Part shown: positions 25,186 to 39,600 of the stretch, piece by piece
Numbering within the stretch: position 1 is the first letter of the stretch
Layout of the letters: every line of letters begins with the position of its first letter
From: the human T2T-CHM13v2.0 reference genome, Homo sapiens
Assembly (NCBI RefSeq): GCF_009914755.1
Contig: NC_060925.1
Strand: one strand, 5' to 3'
DNA: 64,000 nucleotides
Translations under genes and position numbers: made by a program
Notes under the pieces: model-generated
Databases searched by the model: none
Told to the model about the DNA's origin: nothing
The model's input: only the letters and a program-made list of their open reading frames with translations

Positions 25186-26459
25186 GATAATCAGAAGTGA
25201 CAAGTTTTTGGAATCTTTGGTAATATGCACTTGTAATCCAATATCAAATTTAATTATGACAAATGAATACTAGAGCCTCACAAAGGATGGCTCATATTTT
25301 CTATTTTGTTTTTGTTGTTGTTTTTTTTCTAAACCTGTTTCCACATTAACTGGGGTCAAAATAACTTTCTACTTGCTTGGCCCTCTTAATTGCTTTTAGT
25401 TATTTTTTCTCCCTGCTATGCCATGAGAATGACCAAGATCCACAGTTTTCTAGGGTCAATATGGTGGCCTCATATAGAGAGTGAATCTGAGGTTAAGAAT
25501 TTCACTTTTAAGTCTGGGAACTTGACACAAAAATAGCTTAATTTAATCTATTTGATTCTAGTTATTCAGTTTACTCATAAGAAAATATAATTTTCCCTTG
25601 CTGGATTTTGCTGATTACCCTTTGTCCTGACTTGTCTTAGGCAAAATTCCAAGTGGATTTGAAGTCCAAAGTCTTGAGTTGGAGACTCAGCCTCACCATT
25701 CATTAGCTACGTTAATGTGGGCAACTGCCAGAGGCTTTATTTTCTTATTTGTAGAATAAGAATAAGAATTTCTATTCTTGGTGGGTTAGATAAAGGACTG
25801 CATGCCAAGATGTTTTGAAAGCACCATTATCATACCTACCGTCTTGCTTTGTTTCTTTACAAAACTCTTTGAAGCTTTGTGCCCCTGCTGTCTTAACTTT
25901 TTACATGCAATTCGTAATGTAAAATGCAATCAACTATAATCAAAGATAAATAGAAAATAAAAATCATCACCACCATCACCACCATCAACATTCTAGTACA
26001 AGGTATACAAAAATAAAAACAATGTCAGCCCAAGAAGAAGACCCTCTGCTGCTCAAAATAGCAAGTAAGCTAGTGGAGCTTATGGTCATGCACAGGGTCA
26101 ATGTTGCTCATTGATTTGGTGGAGAGCTACCTGCTTTGGTAGAATGTGGGGCATAGTGAAAAGCATTTGTGTCCTAAAGTAGAAATCCACTGATGACCTA
26201 CAGTAGAAAGTGGATAAAACCATGGGAACTGGTTTTATCCACTTCCCATGGATCAGTTTCACGTTCTCTGTGGGATATCTAACTGTCTCAAGAATCTATG
26301 GGATTTGGGGACAATGTCAGAGGTGAGACTTAGTGTTTCAATGACTAGCAAGATTTTTTAAAAATGAGGCTCCAAATTTCTGACCTCTGTTCTTTTTGCA
26401 CCTTTTGTGTAAGAGGTGAAGGTACATGGGGAAAAGCTGCGGGAAGATATATGATGGAC

Positions 26460-26610
26460 AATGACCTGGCCTGGGGTCAAGAGACCTGAGTTCTAGCTCT
26501 GTTTTTGCCACTAACAAATTTGTTTTTTTCTTTTGGTTTTCCATGACTCTGGGGCTCAGTTTGTTTATCTTTAAAATAAAGGGTTTAAGTAAATAGTCAC
26601 TTAATATCTT
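26460..26610 (+). mobile_element. MIR
   Basis: gagacctgagttctagctctg...ctcagtttgtttatctttaaaataaagg. Confidence 0.65.
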
Positions 26611-28993
26611 TTTCTAGAAAACATTATTGAGCTCTTGCTTCTTGCTTGGCACTGTACCAAGGTCTAATTGTACAAAATAAATAATACTTAGGCCCCATCC
26701 TCAAATCGTTTATAGACTAATAGGGCAGATGAGTAGACAGATATATGTAATAAAGGAATGCTAGTGTTAAGCTAGATGTCTGCCTAGGTCTCTTCTAATT
26801 TGAATATTGTATTTTACATGTCTCTTTAAAAATATTACACACTCCCTGGAAGGGTTGAATTATTAGCAAGACACATTTGGCTTCCTTCAATTTTGTCAGG
26901 GGTCCTGTTGTACAATGACCTTCCTGTTAACCAATGCGAACCATTTTCCCTAATTCTTCACGACCAGTTTTAGGTGTTTCACATAATGTGAGGAACTTTC
27001 TAACCTAAAAAGTGATGTTTTAATGTACTTGATCTATATTATTCAAACCACTGTGTGTCACTTCACAGTAAACAAGGTTTGACAATAAAAAGAACAATAA
27101 CGATTATTGCAAATGCCATTACTAATTATTCATGTTAGTGCCATCCACTGGAGTCATTTTAGAATTCCCCAGGTAGATATAGGCAGTTTCTCTTCTGTAG
27201 TATCTCATTTTCTTTCACTTCCATCTTCTTCCTCCCTCCCTCCCTTTCTTCCTTCCTTACAATGTTATTACAAGTTTTTGTTTTCTTGTCTCCTCCACTA
27301 GAATATGAGCTCCTCCAGGGCCCAGACCTCTTTCCTGTGTAAGTATCCTGACACTAAGTGCAGTCTCTGGGTACAGAATAGATATTCAGTACTTGTTGGT
27401 TGAATGAAATAATGCATTTGATTATCTTAACTATAGCCATTTAGACAATAGGATTTTTTTCAATCATAGTTTCTCAATGATATCCAGCCACATTCTGCCT
27501 TTAGCGACTTAGGCTTTATTCTACTGGAGGGCTGGTGGACATTATACATCTGTTTATGTTTAAAGGAAGGAACCCCAGTTGAATGTCATTGTACAGACTC
27601 TCAGATCTGGCTTTTTTTTTTTTTTTTAAAGAAGAATGTCTTTTTCTTTTTGGAAAAAACTTATTGTCTATGACTCCAGGATATTATAAAAAAGAAAAAA
27701 CACCTTCTTGTCTCCAAGACCTGAACCATTCACCCTCAATCTCACCTCCGCCTCCACCTACGTCTCCTTTTGCTTGCATATGTGTGATGCGGCACCATTT
27801 TGAGGCAGAATTTTATAAAGAGTTTAGACACTGGATCCCCTCAGATGGCAGAGAGGTGGAGGAAGAACTCACATGTCCCTTTGTTTTCTGTGTTCTTTTC
27901 TCATTAAGGCCTGCAAAGAAAGCCTATGTGAAAGAATCCAGAGGCTGAATTTGACACCGTGAGATACTCAAGTGGCAGTGGATGGGGGGAGTGGTTGCAT
28001 GTGAAAAGTTGAGGAAATAATTTGGATCCAGAACCAGCTCTAGCTCAGCTGCCAACTGATCAAATGTCCCTTTGGTTCCCTAAATTTATCCATGAAATTT
28101 GTATCTTGGAAAAATTGCATTTTGTGTTGGCAGGACACAAGTTTTATGTTTATCAGAGTTGAGTTTTTAGTGCTTTTATTCTCTTTCTCCAAGGGCCCCA
28201 GGTGTTCTGAATAATCCTACCTTTTCCCCATTCCACAGTAGTGAAGAAATGTTGCTTGAGGTATGGAAAGATCAAAAGACATTAGTTTCAGAACTTGTCT
28301 ATTTTTGTTCCACATCATCCAGGGACAACGCCAGATTCCTCATCCATTTGAGACACAGTAAGCCAGTCCCATCCACATTAATCTAGATTATGTTGACTTC
28401 ACCCATTTCTGACAACATGTAATACTCTGTGTCTTGTTTAATCACACAGTAGAGAGACAATTCTCCCTGTCATTTACTCACAATATTCCAACTGCAGAAA
28501 ATGTGATTATGCTTTTAATATTCATATGGTGCTACAGATGTACATGGCAGAGAAATCACACTAGGAGGGAAAAAAGGTTATGCTCTCAGGTGGCTATACG
28601 CTGAAGGGATGAACTCTCAAAGGAAGGAGAAAAGTTTGAGGTCAACTCAGAGAAGTAAGCAGGCATGTTTAAAATTCACCTTAGTGTAGGAGGTAGTAGA
28701 GATTCATTTAATCATGCAAAAAATATTTGTTAAGTGTCTTGTGCAGGCAATGTTCTAGGTACTGGGGGATAAACTCTATGCCTTAATAAAATTTACAGAA
28801 AAATATTGAAGAAGGAACTATGAGTGTGAAGAAGATCGTGAAAAGGGAGACAGAGGGAGCACATGGGGGATAATCAACTACAGAACAGGAAAAGCCAACA
28901 TCAATTCAGGGGTCAGGATGGCCTCCTTCTAGAAGCAATAGTTAAACTGAGGCCTGAAGTGGGAGGAGGACTTGGTCAAGGTTTGAGGGAAGT

Positions 28994-28995
<2 letters not shown>

Positions 28996-29031
<36 letters not shown>
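28996..29031. repeat. (GT)18 microsatellite, probably within an L2 fragment
   Basis: Read directly from the sequence. Confidence 0.95.
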
Positions 29032-29034
<3 letters not shown>

Positions 29035-32000
29035 CATACATGTGTGTGTTGATAGAGAGAAGGGTTCGTTCCTGGGGAGGACTTTTTAGGTAGCAAGTTT
29101 AGAGGGTGCAGATGACTTAAGGCAAGAATAAGAATGGTGTGTCTGAGGAAATACAAAGTCTAATGTAGCTAGAGCCCAGGGAGTGAGAACAGCTATAATA
29201 GTTAGAATGATGAGCAGTATTCCTTTGAAGATGGAAAGGGATTTCTCACTGACTAGGAAATTGTTCCCAGCTGTAGAAGTGGCAGGAAAGGAATCTTATA
29301 CCTGAGAGCAAGGTCAAAGGAGTGATGAATAGGGTGGGCAAGACAAGGGAAGTTGATGGAAAGGAAACGGATTCAGATGATTGGAGGATTCCAATGAGTG
29401 TTTTTGGTGTTTTAAGGTATCAGGACTGGGTGTGAGATGCCTTGAAGAAGTACTCTTGGAACTATGTGATTGGGGTGGGTAGTTCCTTTATTTATGAAAA
29501 CTAGACCGTAAGCTTACTAAGGGAAGAACCAGGTCTTTTTGTCCACTAACAACACCCCTAAGCTTAATGAGTACTTGGCCAAAAGTTGGCTTTCAATAAA
29601 TATTTGTTAAATGTGTAAATTAATAAAAAAGACAAATAAAGCATGAGTTATTATCTCGACAATCATCTTGGTTGTACCTTTGGTCAGGTTAGCTTTTCCC
29701 TTCTCCTAGGGTTGCTTAGGGACCCTTGGAGGCACTGTAAGTATCCCTGTGCTGCCCAGCTTGATTCCAGAGCTGATCTCATGGGGGCAGGCTTGGACTT
29801 CCCAGGTCTGTTTCCATCCTGACCTGAGTCCTTGGAACACACTCTGAGTGCAGAAGTCCAATCATGGAATAATAAAAAGCTTTGTGGTTTAGGGATTTGG
29901 CGAGATAGCGAGAAGGTGGTTTGTCACCATGATCCCTTGTAACCTCTCTTATTTCCAGGGCAACCTTGTAGACCCCGTGAATCATATTAGATTATAAAGA
30001 TGATCAGTTTTTTGAGGAAACCAGTGGCAGGAACTAACATTTTTTGTAGTAATTGACAGTTTCCAGAGTGTACCCTGCTGACAGTTTCTCTGCTTCATTT
30101 CACTTTGGTACTATTACCATCTCTCCTGTACTGACAGGAAACTATTGTTTAAAGGTAATTTGCCCAAGGTCACAAAATAGCAAGTCATGAAGACAGGACA
30201 CATACCCCGTTCTTCAGGAATTTTTTCACTGGTGTTTCAACAAACATCGCGTTTGGAACTTCAGGCAATTTATTTCTGAATTGCTATTTTCCTTGTTTCC
30301 TGCTACCAAAGGTGACAGTGAGCTATCCTAGAACAAATGTTCAAAATTATGGCTTTATATTTTACATATGGGAACATAATATTTAAATTTGAAGGATTGA
30401 GTTTATAATGCATAATATTTAGCTGTTACAGGAGGTTTATTAAAGAAGTGTACATGCGTAGGAAGGCCTTTTCATGCTTCTCAAGTTTTCTAAGAAAGTA
30501 TAATATAGTGGAAAAAACACCAACTAGGAGGCAGAAGTCAAGCACAATCCACTTAACATTGTCTCATCTCCTCCTCCACAAAATAGACCTACCATTGTTG
30601 CCCCACCTCCTCCAGGGGTTGTTGTGAGGATCAATAGCTAACGTTTTTTTCTGGAAGTTTTTGTAAATTGCATATTACAATGTCTGATACCATGCCTTAT
30701 GGCTATCCAAGTGTAAAAAAAATGCATAAAAATCTCAACCTGCCTTAAAGAATATTTGTTGAAAATAAAGAGTTTAATTCAGAAGTATCAATATCATGAG
30801 CTCTAATTTTCCCATTGGCTAGCTGACCAGGTTACTTAACTTGTTTGTCTTTTTGGTCGCATACATGAGTAATAATAAATGACCTCCCATACCTTTCAGT
30901 CATGATGTGTTGACAAATGAGGAAACAAGTTAGAAAAAGCTTTGAGGAAGATTGTGTTGTAGAATTATGACTAGTCTTTCCAGATTCTTCCTGGTGTGCA
31001 CAGCATATGTTTCTGCAACATCAAAGTTTTGAGGAGAATTCCCCACCCTCTTTCCATGATGACAGGCAATAAGTGGTCCTTTTTCACCTGGGGATCAGGA
31101 GAGTAATTCGAATAGATATTCTGAAAGGTCATAGTCATGAGGAGGGATGGGAATTATGTGGGGACAGGCAGGTGACATTTAAGGAATGGACAATTTGTTC
31201 TCCCAACAAACAAGGATGGTAGAATAAAATGCATGAGGTAGAGGAGGCAGAATGAAAATATACTTAATTCAGGTATAAGAATTACATAGGAGAGGAGTTA
31301 GGACAAGAGAGGGAATTTAGCCAGGACCTGTGTGGTGAAGGGCCTTGACAGGGATAGTAAGTAGTTTAAATTGGTTTTGGAAGGCATGAGGAGCCAAGGA
31401 AGGGGCTGATTCCACTAGTGTAATATAATAATAGTATGATAAGCACAGCAGAATGTCACCATGGTGAAATGGGAGAAGAAACAAATGTTAAATGCAGTAT
31501 ATTCTTATAAAGCTTCAATTTGTTGTCATTGCTTTATAAAGAACTTAGTATTTCTCTTCTTTTCCTTCTCTTTGAATAAACTTCCTTTCAGAACAAGGCT
31601 CAGAAGTACACTATTGTGATGAAACTTAGTAAAACTGCCTACATGGAATTACACTGGAAGCCCTGTAGTAAGTGGACTATGACCAACCAAAGCTGGAATG
31701 GAGATGTTTGAGAGGGACTCACTTCCTGCGTCATCAAACCCCATGGGCTGAGGAACTTTTGTCTAGGCTGCCACAGAAGCCTTCCCTGTTATGTCCTGTG
31801 TGTGACTGCTTGTTCCCATCTTCAGTGCCCTCCCTCTCCTCTTCAGGAAGAAGTTCCAGGCAGGCGGTACCTCACTGAGGCCGTGCATGAAGCCTTGACA
31901 CCCCTCCCTCCCTTGGTCTTGAGCCTGTTAGAAGAATGCTGAGGTTTTGGGCCTCCACCCGGAGGTACCCAGCAGTAACTTCAAGGAGCTAATGAGTAAA

Positions 32001-32689
32001 GCACAGTAATGAGAATAAATCCCAATGAGCTTATTAAAATAACTGAACCACAACTTTGGCAAGGGCAGGAACCATTGTCTGGAACTTGTTTGTCCATTTG
32101 CAGAGTATTGTAGCATGCCTTTGTATATCCCCTCACCCTTTCAGAACAGAGAGATTAGCAACAAAAGACAGATTTTTCAAAGCTACACACAACCGTGATT
32201 TATATCCCGCTCTAGAGACTGTTGGGATGGCTTCTTTGGATTGAAAAGGGTACCAGCCGATCTCTGTTTTAATGGGCCACCTGGGACTTTAGCTGTAGTG
32301 TGTGTGTAAAGCAGAAGAACTCTGATCCAACCTCCATCTTTTTTGGAAAGGCTTCTTTGTAATTGCTTTGGACTTTGTGAAATTCTTCTCTCAACAAAAG
32401 TAAAAAATGGTTTCAAGTGCTATAACCATTTTATCCTGGGAGTATGTATAACCAACAACATGAAATCCCCAGGTTGCCTTTTTTCATTGCTGGGGTAAAG
32501 ATAATGTTTGCAGAGCATCTCCCAGGGTTAAGGTACTTTTGGGAACTTTAGATAATTAATATTCTTGGAGGACTTGCATCCTTAGGAGAAGGGGGCTGCA
32601 GTTGCGTAGTCTCTAACTGGTTAGTTCCATACAAGTTCCATGTTAATTACACCAAGGTTAGAGGGTGAAAAATCACAGACAAAAATTAC

Positions 32690-33270
32690 AAGTGAAAATA
32701 CCACCTTGCAGAAGTGTTTGGTGTTATCTACTGTGGTTGAATACATGCTCATACTATGACCCAACATTCGTACTTCTGAGTGTGTACCCAACAGAATTGC
32801 ACCAAAAGATGTGTACAAGAATGTTCACAGCAGCATTATTCATAATAGCCAAATCCCAGAAACTACACAAATGACCATTGATAGTAGAAACAATAAACAA
32901 ATTATGGCATTTTTACACAATGGAATAATATAGAGCAGTTAGAATAAAGGATCTGCAGCTAAATACAATGGCATGGATAAATCTCAACAAATATTGTTGA
33001 GCAAAAGAAGCCAAGCACAAAAAATTTCACACTGTAGGATCCCATTTATATAAAGTCCAAAAACAGGCTAAACTAGTCTATGGTGTTAGAAGTCAGGAGA
33101 GTTTTTACTCTTGGGAGAGGTGCAGTTCCTAGAAAAGAGCACAAGGGAGGCTCCTGGGGTAGTGATTAGAGAGGTTCAGTTTGTGTGTTCAACTTGTGAA
33201 AATTCACTGAGCTGTGCACTTATGTGCACTTTTTGCATATATATTATAATATGATTAAAAGGTAAACAAA
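32690..33270 (+). mobile_element. L1ME-type 3' end
   Basis: caagaatgttcacagcagcattattcataatagccaaa...aaactagtctatggtgttagaagtcagg. Confidence 0.8.
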
Positions 33271-33336
33271 ATTACAGACTGGTTAGTTTCATTCTGTTAT
33301 CTGATTACTTGAACTACAACCTTAAAGAGTCACCTA

Positions 33337-33641
<305 letters not shown>

Positions 33642-33997
33642 TAGTCACTTAGGAAAGGTATCGCTATTAGTTGCTAGAAATAATAAAGTTGGGTGGCTAG
33701 CTTACTGCAAACGTATCAGCATCATCCAAAACAAGCAAACAAAAAAGCTAGAACTTAAGATTTTAAAATCCCTATTGATTGGTATCACCACCTCACCCCA
33801 TCCACCTGGTCTCTACATTTTTTGCCTGTGTGTAATCTGAGGACTCCAGGTGTGCCCCAGTGACTCAACAAGAAGCAACATGTATGACAGGCAAGTGTCT
33901 GCTCAATACAGCATCACAGTTGTATTAATGAGATCAGATGAGGGCATCTGTGCCTGTAGCAGGAGGCTTTTCAGCTGAATTTGGTGATCCCCGAAAA

Positions 33998-35171
33998 CAG
34001 TCATGGCTTGCTTAACTATAGAAATATATTCTGAGAAACGTGCTGTTAGAGATGTTGTTGTATAAACATCATAGAGTGAATGTACACAAACCTGGATGGT
34101 ATAGCCTACTACACACTAAGCGATACAGTATAGCCTATTGTTCCTACACTACAAACTTGTACAGCATGTTACTGTGCTGAATACTATAGGCAATTGTAAC
34201 ACAATGGTATTTGTGCATCTAAGCATCTCTAAATGTAGAAAAAGTACAGTAAAAATACAATATAAAAGATAAAAAATGGTACACCTGTATAGGATACTTA
34301 CCATGAATGGAGCTTGTAGGACTGGAAGCTGCTCTGGATGAGTCTGTGAGTGATGGGTGAATGTGAAGGCATAGAACATTACTACTGTACGTTACTGTAG
34401 ACTTTATCAATGCTGTACACTTATGCTACACTAAATTTATTAACAATATTTTTTCTTTCTTCAATAGTAAATTCACCTTAGCTTAGTGTAACTTTTTTGC
34501 TTTATAAACTTTTACATTTCTTTTAACTTTTTAATTCTTTTGTAAAAGCACTTATCTTAAAACATAAACACATTGTAGAGCTGTACAAGAATATTTTCTT
34601 TCTATCCTTATTCCATAAGCTTTTTTCTATTTAAACATTTTTTTACATTTTAAACTTTTTGTTAAAAACATAGACTGAAACACACACATTAGCCTAGGCC
34701 TGCACAGGGTCAGGATCATCAATATCACTGTCTTCCACCTCCACATCTTGTTCTTACTGGAAGGTCTTCAGGGGCAATAACACACATGGAGCTGTCATCT
34801 CCTATGATGACAGTGGCTTCTTCTTTCTCCTGAAAGACCTGTCTGAGCCTTCTTTTTTGCGATTAGAAGGAATACATTCTAAAATAACAATAAAAACTAT
34901 AGTATAGTAAATACATAAACCAGTAACCTAGCCCTTTATTATCAATATCAGATATTATGTACTGTACATAATGGCATGTGTTATACTTTTATATGACTGG
35001 CAGCACAGTAAGTTTGTTTACACCAGCATTGCCACAAACTTGAGGGTAATGTGTTCCAGCTACAAAATCACTAGATTGTAGGGGTTTTTCAGCTCCATTT
35101 TAATCTTATGGGGCTGCTGTGCTTTCTGCAGTCCATAGTTGACCAAAGCATCATTATGAGGCATATGACTA
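33998..35171. mobile_element. Tigger3b-like (TcMar) DNA transposon
   Basis: TIR-like ends cagtcatgg...catatgact, with internal Tigger3 sequence (aacatcatagagtg...cacaaacctggatggtatagcctactacac). It is about 1.17 kb long. Confidence 0.88.
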
Positions 35172-35889
35172 TATCTTCTCTGCCATCATGCCTGGAGAAA
35201 ACAGATTTTCATCATCTCTCAAACCCTAAACACTTCCCTGGAATTATTACTCTGCAAATTCATTTGAATTCACCTGAAAGGAGAAATAAGACTAAAAGCT
35301 TTTAGAGTTGGGTTTATACACACCTATACTGAGCATAAACTCTTTCCATATGGCAAACATCTTATTGAACGCTCTAGAGTAGAATAAAGTCTATATCATG
35401 CCTACCATTCAGCATCTTGGGATGGAAATTAGATTTGTGTGTACCCAACCTATAAATATTCAAGGCCTGCTGTATCAATCAAGCCCCTGTATTACAATTA
35501 CTTTTCCATGTAATAAATTGATATTTACTGAGTATCTACAGTGCTAGAGGCACTAAGGAGGTCAGAACACTTGGGCAACCTTTTTCCCTTTCTATCAGTA
35601 GATACCTATTTAGCCTTGTATCTTCTTCATCATGTTAGTGAAATTAGAAAAATAAACATATTTTAAATCACAAAATAATAATGAAAGCATGGATACTGAG
35701 GCATAAACCAGAGTTTGAATCCTGGCTCAAACACTTAAATGTACATAATCTTGGTCAAGTCCCTTACTTGATTTGGTTAAGATAGGAATATTAGTTGTAA
35801 CTATCGCATAGGTTTTAAAATTTTTTTATAAGTACTAAATGTAATTAGATGGCAATTCCATCTTGTTCTAAATTGGACTCATAGCTGGA

Positions 35890-36336
35890 TTTAAGGAAGC
35901 CAGAGGCCTGTTTCTTACAGTCTTTTTAATGGGCCAGCAATACTCTTCTCAGATCTCAGATTCCTCCTACCAGTTCTTTGTGGCCTGTGTGCTTCTAGTG
36001 ACTCAGACCCATACCTCCTCCAGGGGATGACCTTTGGCTTACTAGAGCTGCTTAGCTTATATTCCTCTTAGTCAACAGGCGACTTCATGGGACTTGAAAG
36101 CCCAGATTCCTAGTCTTGAGGAGGAACAAACTTTGAGGTTGTAACTTATGGTCCTGAGCTCCCTACAGGATTAAGTCAAGGCTGGGACTTTTCCTGATCT
36201 TGCTGTTGCCTGACAACTACTGATTCCCTGTCTTGCTTACCTCATTTCCTTACCAATTTCTCTTGGGAGCACTTTCTTAATAAATTACTTGCATATGAAC
36301 CTTCATTTCAGGGTCTGTTTCAGAGGAGCCTAAGAC
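35890..36336 (+). mobile_element. ERVL LTR (LTR16-like)
   Basis: 3' end gggagcactttcttaataaattacttgcat...gtctgtttcagaggagcctaagaca. Confidence 0.65.
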
Positions 36337-36660
36337 AATCCTTATTGCCACGTATAAACTAAAATAAAAATTTTCCTTGGAAGTAGTTGTACTCGGGATG
36401 AGAACAAATACAGCTGTCAGATGGAGGGGTATATATAGTTGGGAGTGGCTGCTTGTTTTTCTATAAAGCAATTTTCAAATGAGCTCAAGGTTTTACAAGA
36501 AAATATTCTGATAGTGCCACAAATTGTTTCATTCAACAGACTATTATTGAGCACCTATCATGGGTCAGACACTATACAAACTAAGCAGTGTCTGGATACG
36601 TCACCTACAGAAAGTGGGAAATAATTTTTTTGTTTGTTTTAAGACATTAAGTTTGAGGAT

Positions 36661-37701
36661 TGTTGCGAGATATCAGGGACCCCGAACAGAGGGACTGGCT
36701 GGAGCCATGGCAGAGGAACATAAATTGTGAAGATTTCATGGACATTTATCACTTCCCAAATAATACTCTTATAATTTCTTATGCCTGTCTTATTTTAATC
36801 TCTTAATCCTGTTATCTTTGTAAGCTGAGGATGTATGTCACCTCAGGACCACTGTGATAATTGTATCTAACCATACAAATTGATTGTAAAACGTGTGTTT
36901 GAACAATATGAAATCAGTGCACCTTGAAAAAGAACAGAATAACAGTGATTTTAGGGAACAAGGGAAGACAGCCATAAGGTCTGACTGCCTGTGGGGTCGG
37001 GCAGAATACAGCCATATTTTTCTTCTAGCAGAGAGCCTATAAATGGATGTGCAAGTAGGAGAGATGTTGCTAAATTCTTCTCCTAGCAAGGAATATAATA
37101 TTAAGACCCTAGGAAAAGAATTACATTCCTTGGGGAGGTATATAAATGGCTGCTCTGGGAGTGTCTGTCCTATGCAGTTGAGATAAGGACTGAAATACGC
37201 CCTGGTCTCCTGCAGTACCCTCAGGCTTACTAGGGTGGGGAAAAATCCTGCCCTGGTAAATCTGAGGTCAGACCAGTTCCCTACTCTCAAACCCTGTTTT
37301 CTGTTGTTTAAGATGTTTATCAAGACAATACGTGCACAGCTGCACATAGACCCTCATCAGTAATTCTAATTTTGCCCTTTGCCTTGTGATCTTTGCTTTT
37401 GTCCTTGCCCTGTTTCCTCAGAAGCATGTGATCTTTGTTCTTCTTTTTGCCTGTTGAAGCATGTGATCTTTGTGACCTAATCCCTGTTCATACACTCCCT
37501 CCCCTTTTGAAATCCTTAATAAAAACTTGCTGGTTTTGTGGCTCAGGTGGGCATCACAGACCTACTGATATGTGATGTCATCCCCGGTGGCCCAGCTGTA
37601 AAATTCCTCTCTTTGTACTCTTTCTTTTTATTTCTCAGACCAGCAGACGCTTAGGGAAAATAGAACCTACACTGAAATATTGGGGGTGGGTTCCCCCAAT
37701 A
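36661..37701 (+). mobile_element. MER11 (HERV-K11/HML-8) solo LTR inserted into an MLT1 LTR end
   Basis: Termini tgttgcgagatatcagggaccccgaac...gggttcccccaata, with a 6-bp TSD (gaggat/ggggat), TATAAA and AATAAA. The flanks rejoin to an MLT1 end (taagtttgaggat|aatttgttacacagcaatag). Confidence 0.92.
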
Positions 37702-38719
37702 GGGGATAATTTGTTACACAGCAATAGATAATTAATGTAAAGAACAAAGAGGCCCACTTGGGTGGAGTGAAGTGACCCAGGGGAAGTGTAGCAGGAGAGG
37801 CAGAGAGGGAACAGTGTTGGGGGATCCAGATTTCACCCATAAGGATGCTGATTCAGTAGGTCTGACTCAGTGGAGTTGGGGTCTGGGCATCTATATGCCT
37901 TTAAAAACTCTGTAGATAGTACTTCCATGCAATCATGGCTGCATACTGCTGAGAAGAAGAATTCACTCAGGTTGTGGTGGCAACACCAGGGATAAGGTTC
38001 ACTATGTCACACCCCAGGTGCCTATCTCTAAGGTGAAGAGTGTTGGTGACTAGGGTCCATTCATATCACATTTTACAGAAACAAGTACTCAAAGCTTAAT
38101 TAATTTTCAATGATGAATTTGTGATAACCTCATTGAATATGAAGAGCCCATGGATTTAATTTTTTATGCTTCAACCACTCCTCCCAGGTGAATAAACAAA
38201 GCAAAACCAGGAGAGCTACTCCTTGTATTTCTATTTCTTTCTCCATTCCTGCTGCCATGTTCTTCATAGGAATGTCTACTTTTGATTGAAAGCTCCCGTG
38301 AAGTTGACCGTATCAATTTCCTCACCACAGGGCAAGATCATACCTTATTCTTCAATCTCTTCAATATTTTTCCAACTTCTTTTAATCAGAATATATAGTT
38401 AACATCACTTATTTCTTCCAAATGCTTCCCAGATCTAGAGTGCATATCCTTCAACTCTGTGGCCCAGGGTCTTTGATAAATCCCTTAAAATTAAATAAAA
38501 CATACTCTGCCGTTTGAAAATCAAGGAATAAATGTTTGTGTGACTATCAATAAAGATTTTTTTAAAAGAGAAGAAAGGGTCATTCTATAGGGTATCATAA
38601 GAGTTAACAGATATTAATAATGATGTAATTATAGTAGTAACAGTTATACTAATATTAAATGACATGTATTGAGAACCAATGAGAATTTCTTTTCTTTATA
38701 AATTTGACAAGATCTTGCT

Positions 38720-39085
38720 CAAATATGACACATCCGCAACCCCATCCCTTGCCTGGAATTGTCTCCTTTTTAAACATTCTCACCCTTACATTTGCTAATT
38801 CTTATTCATCTTTGCAGTTTCATCAAAAGAATCAACTTCTGGGAAGCCTTCCCTAATTATTATAGACTAGATTAAGTGGTCCACTTTGTGTCTACTAGCA
38901 CCCTGTACTTCCCTAATACTATGCTTACCACATTTTAGTGTTACTGCTTTTTCAAATTCTCTCTCTTTCCTGCAAGACTATGGGCAACTTGAGAGAAGAG
39001 ATCATGTCTAATTTACCTAGTTTGGTTCTTCAGAGCCATGCACCTCACCTGACACATAGTAGGTGATTGAAAAATATCTGTTGCA
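38720..39085 (+). mobile_element. L2 3' region
   Basis: ttgcctggaattgtctc...tctgggaagccttccct...cctgacacatagtaggtg. Confidence 0.65.
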
Positions 39086-39542
39086 GCAGTGACTTTCTTA
39101 TAGCCCAGTACCAATGCAGACATTGGACTGTGATCTTTATGTACTTACCTTTCAAAATATAACAACTCTAGAAAGTACGTATTAGTCCCCATTGAGCAAA
39201 GAAAGTGTGGCTCTAGATGGTTAAATGGGCCAAGTTCTTATAGCTAATAGGTGGTGGAGTGAGGATGCGAAACAGGTCTGTCAGATCCTAAAACTCTTAA
39301 CCACTAAACTTCCCTTTATAGAAGGTGTCAGGACATTGGGAAGGGTGGTGGAATTAAGTTTTAGGTTTTACATCCATGTGACAGAGGAATGTTGACTCCA
39401 TTTCTGAGGTTGATGTCTTACCTGTTAAAATCCCAGTTTAATAGGTTTGATGCATTGGCTGCTGCTTCCTATTCTTTTCACATAGCCCTAACAGCTACTT
39501 CTGGCATTCTTTTATTCATTCACTTAATCACATGTAATAGAT

Positions 39543-39600
39543 ATCTTTTTTTATGTTTACCGGTTTATTATAAAGGATATCACAAAGGATACAGATGAAG
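39543..39600 (-). mobile_element. 58-bp polyadenylated LTR (MER21-like) 3'-end fragment with a 13-bp TSD
   Basis: The minus strand reads cttcatctgtatcctttgtgatatcctttatAATAAAccggtaaacat(A)7, flanked by acatgtaatagat at 39530-39542 and 39601-39613. Confidence 0.7.

Noticed and set aside
36838-37347. 169-aa minus-strand ORF
   Set aside because: It lies wholly inside the MER11 LTR, runs antisense and has a non-ATG start.
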